From assembly GCA_036172245.1 (NCBI GenBank), contig JAYWIR010000016.1, positions 3,100,001 to 3,164,000 on the forward strand: a stretch of DNA of 64,000 bases, given 5' to 3'. Below are positions 40,269-55,200 of this stretch, one piece after another. The position numbers and the translations under genes were made by a program. The notes under the pieces are model-generated. The model was given only the letters and a program-made list of their open reading frames with translations, ran no database searches and was not told the origin of the DNA. Within the stretch, counting starts at the first letter, position 1. Each line of letters opens with the position of its first letter. The stretch is from Raillietiella orientalis (taxonomy: Eukaryota).

Positions 40269-43200
40269 TCACATTGCTGTTTCCAAAAGTTTCGAACTGC
40301 TTGAATTGAACGAGGAGTCGCATATCAGGGGCTGAGTGGGTTTTTTTGCACTTGTTAGCTGTCTAGTTGGTTCTGTGGATGACACGGAATTCGGAACATA
40401 GGAACTACGAAAAGGATTTCCGTTATTGTAAGCAGCTCCGTCAGCCATGCAGGACATTGAATTGCTGTCCTCCATAGCCGATTTGTACGTTGAATAGTTC
40501 GTAGTTATAGTCGAATCCTCTTTGTAACCACGATTTTGAAACGTTATGTTGAACGGGGGGTGCACCATAGCATTAACGGTTGCGTTTTCGAGCTTTGGGT
40601 CATAAGCAAACCGATCGTCCAGAGATGACATGGTTGTGGAAATGTTGGTATTGTGGGAATCGAGGTGTTCGTATGCCATGTCGTCGGATGTGAGATTTCT
40701 TTCCGTGGACAGGTCCGCACTGTCGTTTTGGTTCCGGAAAGAATGCTTCAGGTTGTGAGGATACAAATATTGCGAGGGCTGCAAAGAGAAACAGTTAATC
40801 ACTGTTCATCTCGATTTCTCCTTTTGCATGGTATTGCATCGATGATTTTACTGCGTTTCCCCCCCCCCCGCCAATTCGAACCTCATCTCACAATTTCCAT
40901 CATGTTTCTAAAGATTGGGATGTGTACCTCGAAAATATGGCTGCGTGTGGGCACTTATCGTGTCTACACAGAGCGGTCTTCCTATTGCTTATCGATTCGC
41001 GCAGGGGTGTCGCCGACCCCCATGTGGTGGTTTGGCCCTTGGTGCGTTCTACAGCAGTGCGGCATTACCGTATGAGCAGCGAGAGAAGAGTTCTAACTTC
41101 ATTGTAACTTTTGTTCGTACCATCGACCAGAGTTCGATTTTTTCGTTCTCTTCTCGGCCAAACGTGCGACAACGTCCTGCCGAAGCTTCCAAGATCAACA
41201 TCAGCTTCCTCAGAACGCAACGTCCAAACAGAAGCAGATGGAAACGTAATGCCCGACGTCTCCCTCGATGGTAACGTTTTTGTTGTTCCTCTGAAACGGA
41301 ACCCGAGCAACGTCTCAGACGATGAACACGCCTGGAGCGTCTTTCCCGAACGGTCACAGCTTTCCGGTCACACAACCTCACGGATTTTTCAGCCGAGTTC
41401 AGTGCCTCGCCCGATCACACGAGGAGCAGGTTGGTCCACTTGACCGACGCTAACAAAAACAGATGTGCTTATGAGTGACCGCAGGCCGGAGCGCCGGGAA
41501 ATCGTTTTGGCTGCTCCGTATCTTACACAGAGGTGGCCGCCGGCTCGGTCTTCGACCTTTCCTCTAGGTTCATAGAATGAGTTGGCTCCTGACCAGGTGT
41601 AGACCGATGATGGCCTTTTCGCCTCAGCCATCAGTTCGTTTGAATTGGAACCGTTTGCTGCCCTCCCCGCCCCCATTCTCAGAAAAGCGCAAATCCTGTT
41701 AAATCAATCGGAGAAACGAAACCTTACGGTGATTGAAGGAACGGCGCTGTCCGAGGATAGAAATGTGGAATATTCCAAGTTATGCAACAAAAAGTTCTAC
41801 TTCTGGGACTATTGCTCAAATTTCTCCCCCAAAGAATACCGAATTGCCTCCGCAAGATTTCAGGCAAACGAATTCCGGCAGACAAATGACAAGATAATGA
41901 TTTCTAGTCTTTCTGATCCGAGCGTTCTTGCCACCACTACTTTGTTTTTCCCATGCTGCCCTCGAAAGCCCAAGGGTAAAAGGTGTAAAGCTGGATTTTT
42001 GAGCTGCTCTTTCTTTCCCCAAAAGGCCTCTCTGGCGCGCTGCCACGAGCTCTCTGAAATTTTGGCATTCCAAAAGTCCAAGGTTTCCAGTCCAGCACGT
42101 TGGAGTTGGACGTTTCCTTTTTCTAAATTCGTTTTGCGTCACGCGGGCGGATGCAACCGCCCGTTGCCTTCGAAGAAGTCCGGCACCGGTTCTTGCAATA
42201 TCCAAGAGTTTTCACTTGGTGCTGTGTGACCGACTACCTGCGCTCCACCTCGAGGATTCCGAATGGACCACAATGTTCTTCCCAATGATGCTGACGCGAC
42301 TTTCGCTTACCGCGACGCCACCCAGCGATGCCTCGAAAGGGAAACGTAATTTGCGTCTACAGCTCGTAATCTTGCAGGAATTAAGCCCAGCCTCGTCGGA
42401 AGGTTTCGAAAAGGCACGTAAAACGAGCTACTCGTGCTGAGCAAATCGAATTGCAGTCCGCTTGCTCCATTACGCCTCCGGTGCCAGCATCCTCCTCCAC
42501 TTCCTCCCCCCCCCCCCGATCGGCCGTTCGTCACATACGGTATGGACTCTTGCAGAAAAGGTGTTTTCCGGTTTCTCAGGCCCCACATTTTCCGACTGCT
42601 CCCCCAAGCAAGGCGATTCTCGAAAAGCCAGGAGCTTCCTCCTGCAGTCTTAGTTCAAACGAGACTCCTCAGCCTTGCTGCGGTCCTATGGAAAGATGGG
42701 TTCGCCAAAACCCCGTCAGCACTGGCGACAGGGTCAAGCGGTCGAAGAGGACATCCCTGCGAACGAATCACGTTGAGAAAGCGTCTCCGGAACTGCTCTT
42801 GTCCATGCTGTTCCCTTCTGTGTAGGCAACCGTTCACGAATGTCCGCAATAACCGGCGTCTCCAACAGGCGCCATATGCAAGTTGTCTAAAACTCTTTGC
42901 GCACATCCGGATGGCAAGTTGTCGCTTAGTGCCTTGGTTTGCACGGGGACGGAAGGCAGTCTTCTGAACGTGCAACAGCGGCGGCAAAGAATCGACAGAC
43001 GTGAGCCGAGTTCACCGGTAAGCCTCATCACCGGAATGACCGAACGGTCGAACCTCGGACAGGTGGTGGCACAATGGCGCGCAACAAGGGAACTGCAGCC
43101 CGGAGTCGTCGAAATCGACGTGTGTGTCGTTAAAGACGCGAAAATCTACGGGATCGTCGACTCGGATCGACGATGCAGCAGCAGCTTCCCGTTCCAATGT

Positions 43201-46200
43201 TGGTGGCCCTTTGGCACAAGGCCCTCGCGTGAAATCGTTTGTGAATCCGCAAGGAGCCGCGCCACCACCCAGCAGCAGCAGCAGTGCTGCCAACGGCGCC
43301 AAGAGGCGGCGGCCTCTCCACGCGTGGCGAGCTGCGCGCGGAGAAGTTTCGCGAAGCTCTCGTCCCGAGCGGCGGTGGTGACTTACCGACATGAACCTCC
43401 TTGCGTAGTGGATGTTATAATTCGATCCCGACAGGATGGTGGAGCGGCTGGAGCGGATGGACTCCCGGATCGAATTCTTGCGCACGAATTTCTCCTGCCG
43501 TCGATACTTCGATTTCAGCAGCCAGACGATGATCACAACAACGATCATCAAAACGGCCACCACTGATACAACCATGGCCGTTAGTATCACGTTATCGGAA
43601 ATCCAATACAGAGGGTCCAGATGTATTTTGGGATCTGAAAAGTTGCGTGGTCGTTCGCATGCAGAAGAAAAAAAAAACCGGGAGAGGCTTGCATTCCGAT
43701 GCGGCTGGGGTGCATCTCAACAACAAGCAACACGACTGCCCCCGCGATTCCTCCTGAATCCCTCAGCTGATTTCACGGTCAGGTGGCGCGGCGGTTTCCG
43801 ATTAATCGGGACACGCGTTGGGAAAGACAAGCAAAGAGTTGAAGGATGAGGGGGAGAGGGGAGCACAGCGATTTCCGGAATCCACTCGGAATTCCATCGC
43901 CGCGTTGAGCAGCGAACCGATCAGATATCCTTCTTGGAGGAGGTCGTTCAAGGGGTCATCTCCGCACGAGCTCTCAGCGTTTGCGTCATTGAATCGATGA
44001 TGGATTCCGCTAACCGCCGGGATCAGGGAGCCACAGCGCAGTATCAGCACCACGGCCCACCTTTTAAAAGGGCTGCCTCGGCGGTGCATCCCACCGCAAA
44101 GGATGCAGATCGGAAACGGGAGACGCACGCTCACACGCCATGGTTACCTGATTCGCAGATGAATGGAAGCTCGTAATCGCATCTCACGATGCTAACCGCA
44201 CCGTGGACCATCACCGTGCACTTTCCGATGCTGTCGTAATGCTGCACCCACGTCATCTGTTCGTCGGCGTAGTTTTCTTGTATGTACCTCAGATAATTGG
44301 TGATGTCATAGTAATGGTTGTTCTGGATGTATGGCATCGACGCGTTCTGGCTCTGGAGAAAACAAAACCGGATAAGGAAGCGTGCGTTCGTATGACCCTT
44401 TGAGAACTGATCTCAGATGCCACCATCCTCACAGAAACCTAAGCAAACATGGCGTTGTCTCCATAACGGAAACGCCGACTTTGGGGAGGCATCTCCAGGC
44501 ATTTACTTTGGATCGCCCTCAGATCAGCCGTCCCGTGTCTGAAGAGAATAGCAGCGAATGTGCGCTTCGGGAAGTCCCACCTCTTCCCCCCCCCCCTCTC
44601 TTTTCCTCTTCCTGTTTTTTCTTTTTGACCCGGCGCTGACGACTCAGAAAACCGGTGCGTTCTGAACGTGGTCAGGTCGGGGAAGGACAAAGAATGATGC
44701 TGAGGGACCACGTGCTCATGTTCATCAGGGAATTTAGAAACGGCCAAAGAAACCAGGAACACCCCCTTGCCTTCCCTCCTGCAAGCTTCCACTTTCCTAC
44801 TTCGTATCCCTAACCGACTGGAATTGCGGAATCCGGCTGCGCTTCTTCGTCGTCGGAGGCAACCGGAGCACCGACGTCATCTGATCTACCCTTCTTGGCC
44901 GCACGTTCCCCCCGAGGCAGGTGCTGCTGTTCCTCTCCTCCTGACTTGGAAGAGTCAAGATCCCGTATTGGAAGATCTCAGGGCAGCAAACACGCTGCAC
45001 CGTACGAGAAGGAAGGGAGAGGGGAAGGGGACTGGCGTGCCCAGCGTTTCTGGAACGTTCCAAAGCACGCAGCTTCCAGCGAGGCTCCTCGCTGCCATCA
45101 CACTCTGCGCGGAAGCCCTCGAGCGCAAATCAGACAAATCCAGGAGATGGAACGGAAAAAGAGAGAGGACCTTTCCGGTGGCGCGTTCCTTGAGGAGGTT
45201 CTCCCCTCCAATAAAACGGCGGCCTCTCCGCTCAGTTCGGATCGGCAGTGGCAGCGGAGCAGCGACGGAAAGAAAAAAGTAGGGGGAAAGAGGACAGCCT
45301 CCCAAAATCCCCGAAGGACCACCACTTACTCGGCAAAATTCCTTCGCCTCCGAAAATCTCAGAGGCCCGCCCACGTAGATGTAGCAGGTGCCGCTGATTA
45401 GGCGCCAATTGGGAGGACACTTCCCGTCGAGGAGGGAGCGGTTGCTAGTGTGGAAAGGTTCGAAGTTCACGGCCAGGTACCCTTCGTCATCCAGATTGTC
45501 CCGGATGCGCCCCATGACGGCAGCAGTAGTGTTGTAGCCCCACCAGTTCCACCGGGCTTCGACGGGAATCTTCCAGGAGTCGATCCTGAAAATTTCGGAG
45601 AGCGTCGAGCGGAGAGAGGAAGCGCGAATCGCTGTTTGTGGCTCGGCGATCTCCGAAACACAATCGGTCGCGGAGTGGCAGCAGCGGCAGCCGCCATGCG
45701 GAGTCATGGCCGCTCTTTTCGCAGAGGTCCGGTCCCCTCCTTGGCAACCGCGAGCCACACGGCAGGAGAGCTGACACCCACGTGGAGGGGAGAAAAAAAA
45801 GAAAAGAAAAGAGGGCGAAGAAACAGTGCTGAGGGGTAGTGGGGAAAGGGTGGGAGGAGCGGACACGAAAGGGGGACGAGGCGGGGGAGCAGCAGTAGCG
45901 ATAGTAGCACTGGACGGAGAGGAAGAGGGGGTGAAAGCATCGTCAGAATCCCTGGCATAGAGGAAGAAACGAGCCTTCGCACGGTGCAAGGGATGGTTCC
46001 CATGCCGTTCCAAGGAGCGCGCGTCTCAGTTAGGGCGGCTGCAGAACTTGCGTTTCCTTGGAACGTCATCGAAGAGAAAGCTGCCCCACCCTTCACCCCC
46101 TCCTCCCTCTTCAGTCCTCCCCAGCGCTCCACTCGGGAGAGAAGGAGACCGAAAAAGTGCGCGCGCGTCCTCCCTTCTACCCGGGAGCTTTCCCTCCGCC

Positions 46201-49200
46201 GGTCCACGGCTCCTTTCCTCTGGGAAATCATCCCGGAGGCGAACTAAGCTGTCAGGACGAACCGGCGGAGAGAAAAATCCCTGGAAACGACAGAGATGCT
46301 CCAGGCGGTTGCTGGGCGGGTGCAAATGTTCCTTCCATTCTTGTCACCGTCTTCCTCGCCGCTGCGGCAGCTCGCCGGACTGCGCGCCCCGTCGGCGCTC
46401 GCCGCTGCCTCATTCGCCGCGACGTCTCGTGCGCGCATGACGACTCTCCTGAGTTACTTCCCCCCCCCCCCCCCCCCTCTATCCCAGCCTCTTTTCGCCG
46501 CCGGCGCCGGTACCTGGATGTGTTGAGGGTCGCCAGCTCAATGCTGTTGTCGGGGTTGACGAAGTAGTTGTCCGAGTACCGCTGCCCGGAGCTGTTGGCG
46601 ACGACGGTCGAGCGGACTCCACGGGACACGGCGGCGTTCCTGGAAGACGTGAGCCTCGCACCTGCGCGGGTGAGGGGAGAAGAAAGAGACCCACAGGTAA
46701 AATCCGTTGTGTGAGACGTGCTGAAAGATGGGCAGCTTGGCGGCGTCGAACCCGTTGACCACCAGGACATGCTCCGCCGTGTTCTCCGAGAGGTAGTTGA
46801 AGCTGAAGTTTGCGACAACCTGAAGGCAACCAGAGCGTGGGCGGGACCGATCGCCCCCCCTCCTTCCCGACTCGAGCGCCTTCCCGCCTTTCGCGGGAGG
46901 AGAGGGAGACGCGTGCTCCTTACCTGGTCCAGGAGGATCGTGGAGCGGTACGGGGAGAAGTTCCGCGTGACGAAGTTGTGGAAGACCTGGACCTTCTGGA
47001 AGGGAGCGTTCCTCCTGCCCACGATCTTAAGGGCTTCGAAGTCCCGGTTGCCCGCAAAGAGGCAGTTCCGGATGATCCCGTTCAAGGAAGCCGCCTCCGA
47101 GCTCGAGTCGGCGAACAGGGATAGGCCTCCTTCGTTGTAAGCCACCAGGTTGTTCTGGAAACGAGGAGAGGTGAAGACGGTGGGGGCTGGGGGGCAAAAA
47201 GAAAGGAGGAGAGGGACACAAGAGGGAAGGAGAGCGGGAGCGAAAAGCGGCGCAGGGAATGATCCCGTAGAGGACACGGCAGCAAGGGAATGCCGGCAGG
47301 AGAAGTAAGGAAAAGAAGGGAAGGCGTGAAGGAGGGACGACGCCCCCACACTTACCCGGAAGTAAAACTTTGGCGTGTTCTGGAGCGTCACCTGGACCGA
47401 CGCTTCGGAAGAGGTGAAGTTTCCGTGGATGCGCCGCCCGTTGCCACGGATCTGGTTCCACTCCATTGTGATGCTCGGGTAGAAAGTTCCCGAGTTGCCG
47501 TACCAGATACCGCCGAGGTAGTTGCCACGTAGCAGAGAATGGGAGATGTTGTGGGTCGCCTCCCGATCTGCGGGTGGGACCGGATCGTCAGATCGACTGC
47601 CTCTTGCTGGTACCCCCCTTCCCTACCCCTCTCCGAGGGCGAGAGATCCCTGCGCACTTGCGCGAGTAAGTGCAGCTCGTTTCCCTCCTCCCTTCCCCAC
47701 GTTGCCATGGTCAAGCGCAGGAGCCGCTGAGAGATTCGGCGGCGATACGCAGCAATAGCAGCCGTTGAAGAGCGCGTCGCCCGCGAAGAAAAAAAAGGAA
47801 AAGGAAGAAAAAAAAGGTCCCTCCGTGGACCGGGACGAGATGACTGTACCTCGCGGCACGGCACTGCGATTGGACCGAAAACCTCCGTGTTGCTGTCAGG
47901 CCTCTGCAGAGCAGGTCCCAGGGCTTCTTCGTGCCGCTGGCGAGAGCCCAACAGACGGTGTCAGCAGTCGCCGGGGACCTCGACGGACACTACGGACGAG
48001 GGAATCGGGGAGGCCGTCCTGAGGCGCAGATGCGTCAAGGAGGTCCTCTTCGAAAACTCCCTCCACCTCTCCTCCTCCAGTTCCGCTTCCTGGGGATGCG
48101 CTTTTCGAGTGTCTCCCTCGCGACCGAAAAGTGGTCGCATGTGGGTGGCAGCTGCACCCGCAGACGTACAGAACTTTTATTGCGAGGAGGAGGGTGGGCG
48201 CGATGCCCCATGCCCAGCCCTACGCCGCACATAGACTCGCCCTGAAGTCAGACAAATCGCTAAAAAAACGCGCCGTCAGGAAGAGCGCCCGCGCACGGGC
48301 CGGTGGTGGCAGACGCTGTGCTTGAAGGCGGAACGAGGAGCGGCGCTTCCCCACGCCCCTGCCACCAGCAAGAGAGGAACTTTTTCTTGGAGACACCGGA
48401 AACCGGGAGCACCAAACGGGCCCTGCAAGTCTGGGGAAGATGCTCTGCCGCCCCGCGTCCCTCCACGCTGAAGTGGGAAAGAGGGAAGGTCCCGGAACCA
48501 TTCTGCGCACTCCTCCGTATGGCGCGGTCATCTCGTTTTTCGAAATCTCCAGTATCCACTGGGGCCAGAGACCACTACTTCCGGACCACCCGGCAGTGGA
48601 CCGGAAGCTGAAGGTTCCCTTCTTTCCACCCCTATTCGTGACGCACGGAGGGGAGGCCGCCATGTTTTTCGACCAACCGCCGTCCCCGTGCATCTAGGCG
48701 ACCGCTTCTCTTTCCCTATACCTTCTTCGAGACAGCCGCAAGGCGGAGCATAGGGAGCGCCGAAGCAGGAACTTCCCGGATCTTCGGTCGCTTCCTTCGC
48801 TCCGCCTTTCCTGCCACGAGCAGGCCAGATCCCAGACTCTGGAGCGGTGGTCTCCCGCGCAAGCGCGATGGACTGGAACTCTCCGGGACGCACAAGCTCA
48901 AAGGGGAAGAAGGACGCGTTCTTTCCCCCCCCCCCTTTCGACCGTTTGCTCAGTTTCTCCTTCTCCCCTCTCTCCAGAGACGCCGTGACGCGGCTCCTGC
49001 AATGGGAGGTCATGGCGACGGCGAAGTCGAGAGGAGGAGGAGGAGAAGGTCGCTCGAAACGCTGCGTTCTTGCAAGCGACGGCGGATCTTTTCGTGCCAG
49101 GCAGGTGGGGAGGGATCGATCGTCACCTGGACCAAAGGACGCCAGAGGCAGGGTCGTGACCTCTGCCAGGAATCCGTACTGGTGGCTGCCTCCAGATCCC

Positions 49201-52200
49201 CGGAAGTGGACACTGAGGATGGCGCTCTCCGTCTTCAGGAAGCGAGTCGCGTGCTTCTGTCCGAGGTGGACGACGTCGATCCGCTTCGCCGTCGCGTTGT
49301 AGACGCTGCCATCGTAGATCTCGAGGACGTCGGACGCCGCCTCGGGCCGGTCCCACAGATTCGCCTGCAGCAGGCGGAACCCGAAGCTCTGGATGTCGTA
49401 GTCGTTACGAAAGATTTTCACGCACTGGACCGGGTGGTCCCGGTACTGGTAGTACAGGAAGACGCGCTCCTCCACCAGGACCACCTTCTCCGGATCGCAC
49501 ACGTCGACGAAGCCGAACAGGGAATGGGGGAGGTGGACATGCCCGAGCAGGGACAACCACCGGTTGCTCTCTTCGCTGCTCTTCCCGACCAGCACCAGGA
49601 TGTGGACGCCGAAACCCAAGTTGTCAGTGATGCTGCGGAGGAAGGTGCCCCGGAAGGCGGTCGGTCCGTGCCCTCCCGATCCGCTCACCTGTTGTGGAGC
49701 AGGATGAGACTTTCCTGGGACGACACCATGCTGATCCCGTGACCCGAAGAGTTCCTGACGATGCTGTTTTGGATCCTGGGATTCGTGAGCACGCACTGCA
49801 CGGCGGGAAAGGGTTCGCCGTGCAGCATCCCGGCGCCGTAGATGTCCACGTATTCCAGGACCGATTGCCTGGAGCGCTGCTCCTCGGGAGCCAGCGCGCC
49901 GAACTCGTAGGCGCTGGATTCCTCGAATCGGTAGGGAGTGAAGCTGCAACAGAGAGGTCCGAAGATTCCCGAGGAAGACGAAGGACCGGGCTGCAAACAA
50001 ACCCGGAGGGGGTGGGGAGGTGGGAGCACGAGCGGAAGGCTCTGTTTCGCGCTCCCATTTACAGTCCAGGGCTCCTCCCGCCCACCCGTTTCCTCTTACG
50101 GCTATGCAGAAGATGGCATTCGGGAGAAAAAAAAAGGAGCAAGTCACCAGAATGAGGATAAAAGGGACGGGGCTCGAGGGACGGAATCCATGGTGAAGAG
50201 GGAGAGGGGAGAGGTGGGGTGGGTGAGGGACAAGAAAAACACGCGCGTGCATTCACACACAACAATCCAGGAGATGGTGGGGCACGAAATTCCAGGATGG
50301 CGAAGGACCGGCCATCCTGGAATTTTACAGGAAGTACCTTCCTTCGTATGACGGAGATGGAAGAGAGCTGTCACGGGATTCCATCCTCCCGACACGGAGG
50401 GAATCACGAAGCTCTTGGGATCAGCGACGGAAGGAGGTGCGGTGGCACTGCGGGTGGATCGCATGTTCCGGGAAGAACATCCTTCGTCTGACGAAGGATG
50501 GTCGTTCCCGGGACATGCGACCGGGGAAAGGGGTTCCAGAGGACCCGATGCGTGCCATGTCTGTCGCACTGCCGAAGGGGGAGACCCGCCTTCCTAGGGA
50601 GGGAAGAGAACAGTGGCCTTTTCGGGCTCGCGGAACTGACTTCGCCGAACGGGGCTTTCATGCTCCTCCTCCTCCTCTTTGAATTCCCTTGGTGAGCAGC
50701 TGCAAGATGGGAGGATGCACAGACGGGGTGGGATGTGCGTGTGTGTGTGTGTGGGGGGGGGAGTAAGTGAGGGAGGATTCCTCTGCAAGGAGAGGCGAGG
50801 GGCCATAGAAGCGCCTGCAGGTGGAATCTCCGCGTCTCTCTCTATGGTCGTCGCCGCGTCGCCCGGGTGAACCGGCAGCAGTCGCTCCAAGGTGGGGGAG
50901 ACGGAAGCCGTTCCCGGATAGGTGGTCACGCGTTGGCGACAAACCTGGACCAAGAAAGGCTCCTTGGGGAGAAGAGATTGTTCTCAGCTGCTCCCTGGCA
51001 TCCAGAAGTCTATCCTTGACCACGAGGACTCCGGAGAGAGACGGCAGCAAATCTTTCCGGAAGCTTCGCGACCGAAACAGCTGTATCCAGGGCGACTGCC
51101 ACTGCTCCTACGGCTGTCCCAGCCGTAAAAGGAGCGCCGTCCCTTGTCAGCGGAGCGAGGGAGAGGAAGACGAAAAGGATACTAATGTGCAAGGGAGGGG
51201 GAAGAAGGGGTTAGTGGGGAGGGAAGAGATAGTCGGCCGCTATAGTCGGGCCGAGATAGTCCCCGACGGTCGCAAGTATCGACCGAACACAAGCAAGAAA
51301 ATTTCACCCACGAGGGTGGCGGGTGAGGTTCTCACTCTTAATGAGGAGCTCTGTCTTACCGTATGCCTCCCCAAGGCTGCAAATCCTCCGGGAGGTTGGG
51401 CTCTCCGCAGTGGACGAACACGAACTCGAGGCTGCCGCGTCGACACTCAACGCGGTCTCCGTCTGCGTCGCGGTCCAGGCGCACGGGGCACTCTTCGAAC
51501 CGGGTCTCGTCCCCTGACGGTTCCGGAGGGGCAGAAGCATTTCTCCCAACCTGTCCCGCTGCAATAACTCACCGTGGCAGAGGTACGACTTGGGCCACGA
51601 CAGCACGCGGTCGAGAAAGTCGTACTGGTAATCCTGCCGGCCGTCGTGGCTGTAGAACACATTGGCACCAGGGAACCCCAGCTCCCCGCATACGACCCGG
51701 GCGTTCTTCCGGGTGAACTTCCTGTCGCAGACAGGAACCCACTGCAAGGTCGTGCGGTTGTACACCTCCAGGAACCCCCTATCGGAAACCGCGGAGCAGG
51801 GGACGTCGGGGCACAGCCGGATGTTGGGCACCTGGCCGGAGCCTCTGAGGGTCAGGGATTTCGCGAGGTGTGCCTTCAAGGGCTCCATCCTGATGACTTC
51901 CTTTTCCGTACCGCGCGCGTGCAGGATTCCCAGGACAAGGATCCCTATTCCCGGAGGAAACTGTAGGTGGACCCCGGGCTCGATAGTGAGTACGGCGTCC
52001 GGCATGATGGTGAGGTCGGATTTCACGATGTATGGCTTCCCGCGTTTCGCCAGCGTGAGGGACTCGTGCAGCCTCCCACCGAGGTCGTTGACGTCCACTC
52101 GAGGGGGAGGAAGGAACGGGGAGGAAATGGGAGCGTCGAAGAAGTTGTCCATGTAGAACGGGGTGAAGTTGGCGATGGCGTAGCTGTTCCACCGATCGAA

Positions 52201-55200
52201 GTCGAAGATGCGTCTCTTGATCTCCATATGGTTGGCCGTGCCCCACCAGTTCTGCTGCATGTGGAGGACGCCGCCCAGCCTTCCGGCGGGCACCCCACAA
52301 ACGAATTCGCACTCCATGCCGTTCCCTCCGAAGAGGTTGCCCTGCACGTGAACCCTCTGGATGCCTTTCACAGCGACGGCGTAGGAGGACGGCACGCAGT
52401 CGGGAGTGGCGCACCGCCGGTAGCCTCTGGGTTCCGTGTTGTCCTGGACGACGTTCCGGAAGAACTCGGAGGGCACAAAACCCATGATTTCCGACTGGCT
52501 CCGGATGTCGTACTCCACCACGAAGCGGCAGACGTTGCCTTTCCAGGAATTGCGGGACACCAACATGTACTTCTCCGTTCCCTTCACGGAAAACAACCCG
52601 TCGCTGCACTCGTTGCTGCTGAAGACGTTGTTGTTGACCAGGACACGGGAAAAGTGCCCTCCCAGGGAGAACTCGAACTGCCTGTTATCGACGAAGAGGT
52701 TGTTTTCAATGAAGATGCTGTGGCTGATGTTGGCGTTGTACTGAACCACGTAGGGCAGCTGAATCGCCAAACCTCCTTTCTCGTTTCTTCTTATCGAGTT
52801 GTTCTGGATCCTCCAGTGGAAGATGGTGTTCGCATCGCGGAAAGTCCTGGAAGAGGAGCATGAGGTCGGGGATCGAGAGCAGACGGCGGCGGGGCGGGGA
52901 TGGGGTGGGAGTGGGGCAAGCCGGGAGGAGCAAGGCCACCGATCACTTGCTGCAGGCCACAACTGACCAGGGGTCGGTCCTTGCCGAGCAGGCGAGGCCA
53001 AACAGTGATGCTTGTTCCGAGAAGCATGGTACTGAGAGAAGGATCTCCGTGGCGAACGGCGTAGCCAGGATGAGGCGTAAGAGGAGAAGAAAGAGTAAGA
53101 CGAAAAAGAGGAAGAGCAAGGCGTAAGAAGGTGTGTGATGGATGGAAGAAGGTTGGGAGAAGCAAAGCTGATTGTTGATGCAAGTCAGCGAGATTTTCAA
53201 GCCCTACTGCTTGAGGCGGATGATGACGGATAAACAGGAGACTCTAGACGGAGAGGAATGCTGATCTCGAAGTGGAGAAAGCACGAGCGTGCACCGGTTA
53301 GGAGCTCACAGAGAGTTCGGGATGACGCGGAGGTTCATGACACCTCAGCTTTAAACCGGGCAGCGGCAAGGAGCAAATGACTGGAAGGGCGGGGGGCTGA
53401 CCGACTGCCAACGCCGGTTCGCGTTTAGGGTCGGTCCGAGCCACATTGACTCTTGTCCTCGAGGGAGGAAGAACCCTTCATTAGCACGGAAGGGCTCGAG
53501 GCGGTTTCCTGCCAAGAGAAATCGCAAGACGTGTCGGCGGTGGCGCTTCCGAGTGCAACTTAAGTGAAGTTGACCGAACGCAACATTCTGGGAAGTGCGA
53601 GAACCGCTCCAAACGAAGATTCGGGTGGAGCGCAAGACCTCGAGAACCGATGGACAGGGGGTCCGGACGGGTAAGGGATGGTGGTTGACACAAATACTGG
53701 TAGTGGTAATCCTGCGCCCAATGCATCAAGCTATACACCGAAGAGGAAAATAAATAAAATGGCAATTAAATTTTCAGCTGGGGTTGGATTTGGTTAACCG
53801 AATGGATAAAAACGGCTCGATGAAAACGTCACGGCTACCATGGAGACGTTGTAGCAATTATGACTATGCTGTGAGTTGGTGCTACAGCCGTTAATGTGGG
53901 GTCAACTGAAAAGACGCAATCCATTATTGACACAATCGGTAGCACAACTAAAAGGAAGTGTAATTTAGCGTCCGCCTTTGTTTTATTATTCTTACGTACA
54001 AAAATGTCATCCTGTGATTTCGTAGGTCCTTTAAAGTATAAGTAGGGAATGAATCCTACCTTCAGAGGATAGACTCTGCTTGATAGGTGTGCATAGAAAT
54101 GGAGTGGTTTGCAAGCTGGGTGCGCCGCGATGCCGCGTGCGAGGTCATGGCGAAAGAACAGTCGTGCATGCAAGAGGTAGAGTGGCCACTTGGAGGGAGG
54201 GAGGAGACACATTTGTCCGCAGCTGTAGTATGTGGAGGAGGAAGACAGTGGTTGCGTTCGGGTCGCGCGAAATTCGGTGTCGGTGTCCTGAAGAGGTTGG
54301 ACCGGTACCCGAAGCGGGCCGGTTCGAAGCGCTTCCCTCTGGTCGACGACCTGCAGCGAGTTTCCGCGCGCCCGGAAGCGGAAGGGGCAACTGAGACCGG
54401 AAGCTGCTCCGACTCGAAAGAAACGGCAACGCGGGGACCGCGCACCTCGTGCGTTCGCGCCGAAAAGCCCGAGCCCCACGGATGGGATTGTCGCGAGTTC
54501 GCCACGGGATAGGTGAGAAACGGGAGTGCGGAGCGGGGGGGGAAGGAGATCCTTTTCCCCGGCCGCCCTTTCTAGAGCTCCGGGACGGAGGTGCCCAAGA
54601 AAGAGCGTGAGGGGACATCGAACAAACCCGTGCAGGTGGCGCAGGATCCTCCCGTTCATGTGCACATTGGAGTCGTTGAAGACGATTTTCATCTCGGAGA
54701 CGTTGGTCGGCTTGCCGTCCCCTGGCTTGGACTCCAGAAAGACGGCTTCTTCGCTATTGAACGCCAGTTCGTTGCGTCCGTGAATGACGATGGACTGGTT
54801 GGAGTGCCGGAAGTACTGGTCCCCTCTAGCATTGGTGTAGCTGCAGGAGGGAGGAGCTGGGAACGCGCACTCGTCGCTTTTTCGTCCTACCCTTCGTAAG
54901 TGATCATGGAGATGCCGCGCCTGTTGCGCTTCAGCTCGCTGTGGAAGATCTCCAGGATGGGCTCAGGTTCGCAGCTGTGGTAGAACGACGGTTTTGCTGC
55001 TCCTGAGTGATGAGAGAACACCCGTTGGTACCAGAGCTCTCCGGTAAAAACGACCCACGGCCGGGAAGAGGCGGCTCGGGGGAGACAAAGAAGCGCGCGT
55101 GAGAGATTGCGGAGCTGCAGATGACAGAAGAAGAAGATGGGATGTACTAACTCTGGACGGAGGTGAGCATCAGCGCCACCTCGAAGACGGGACTCCCGGA

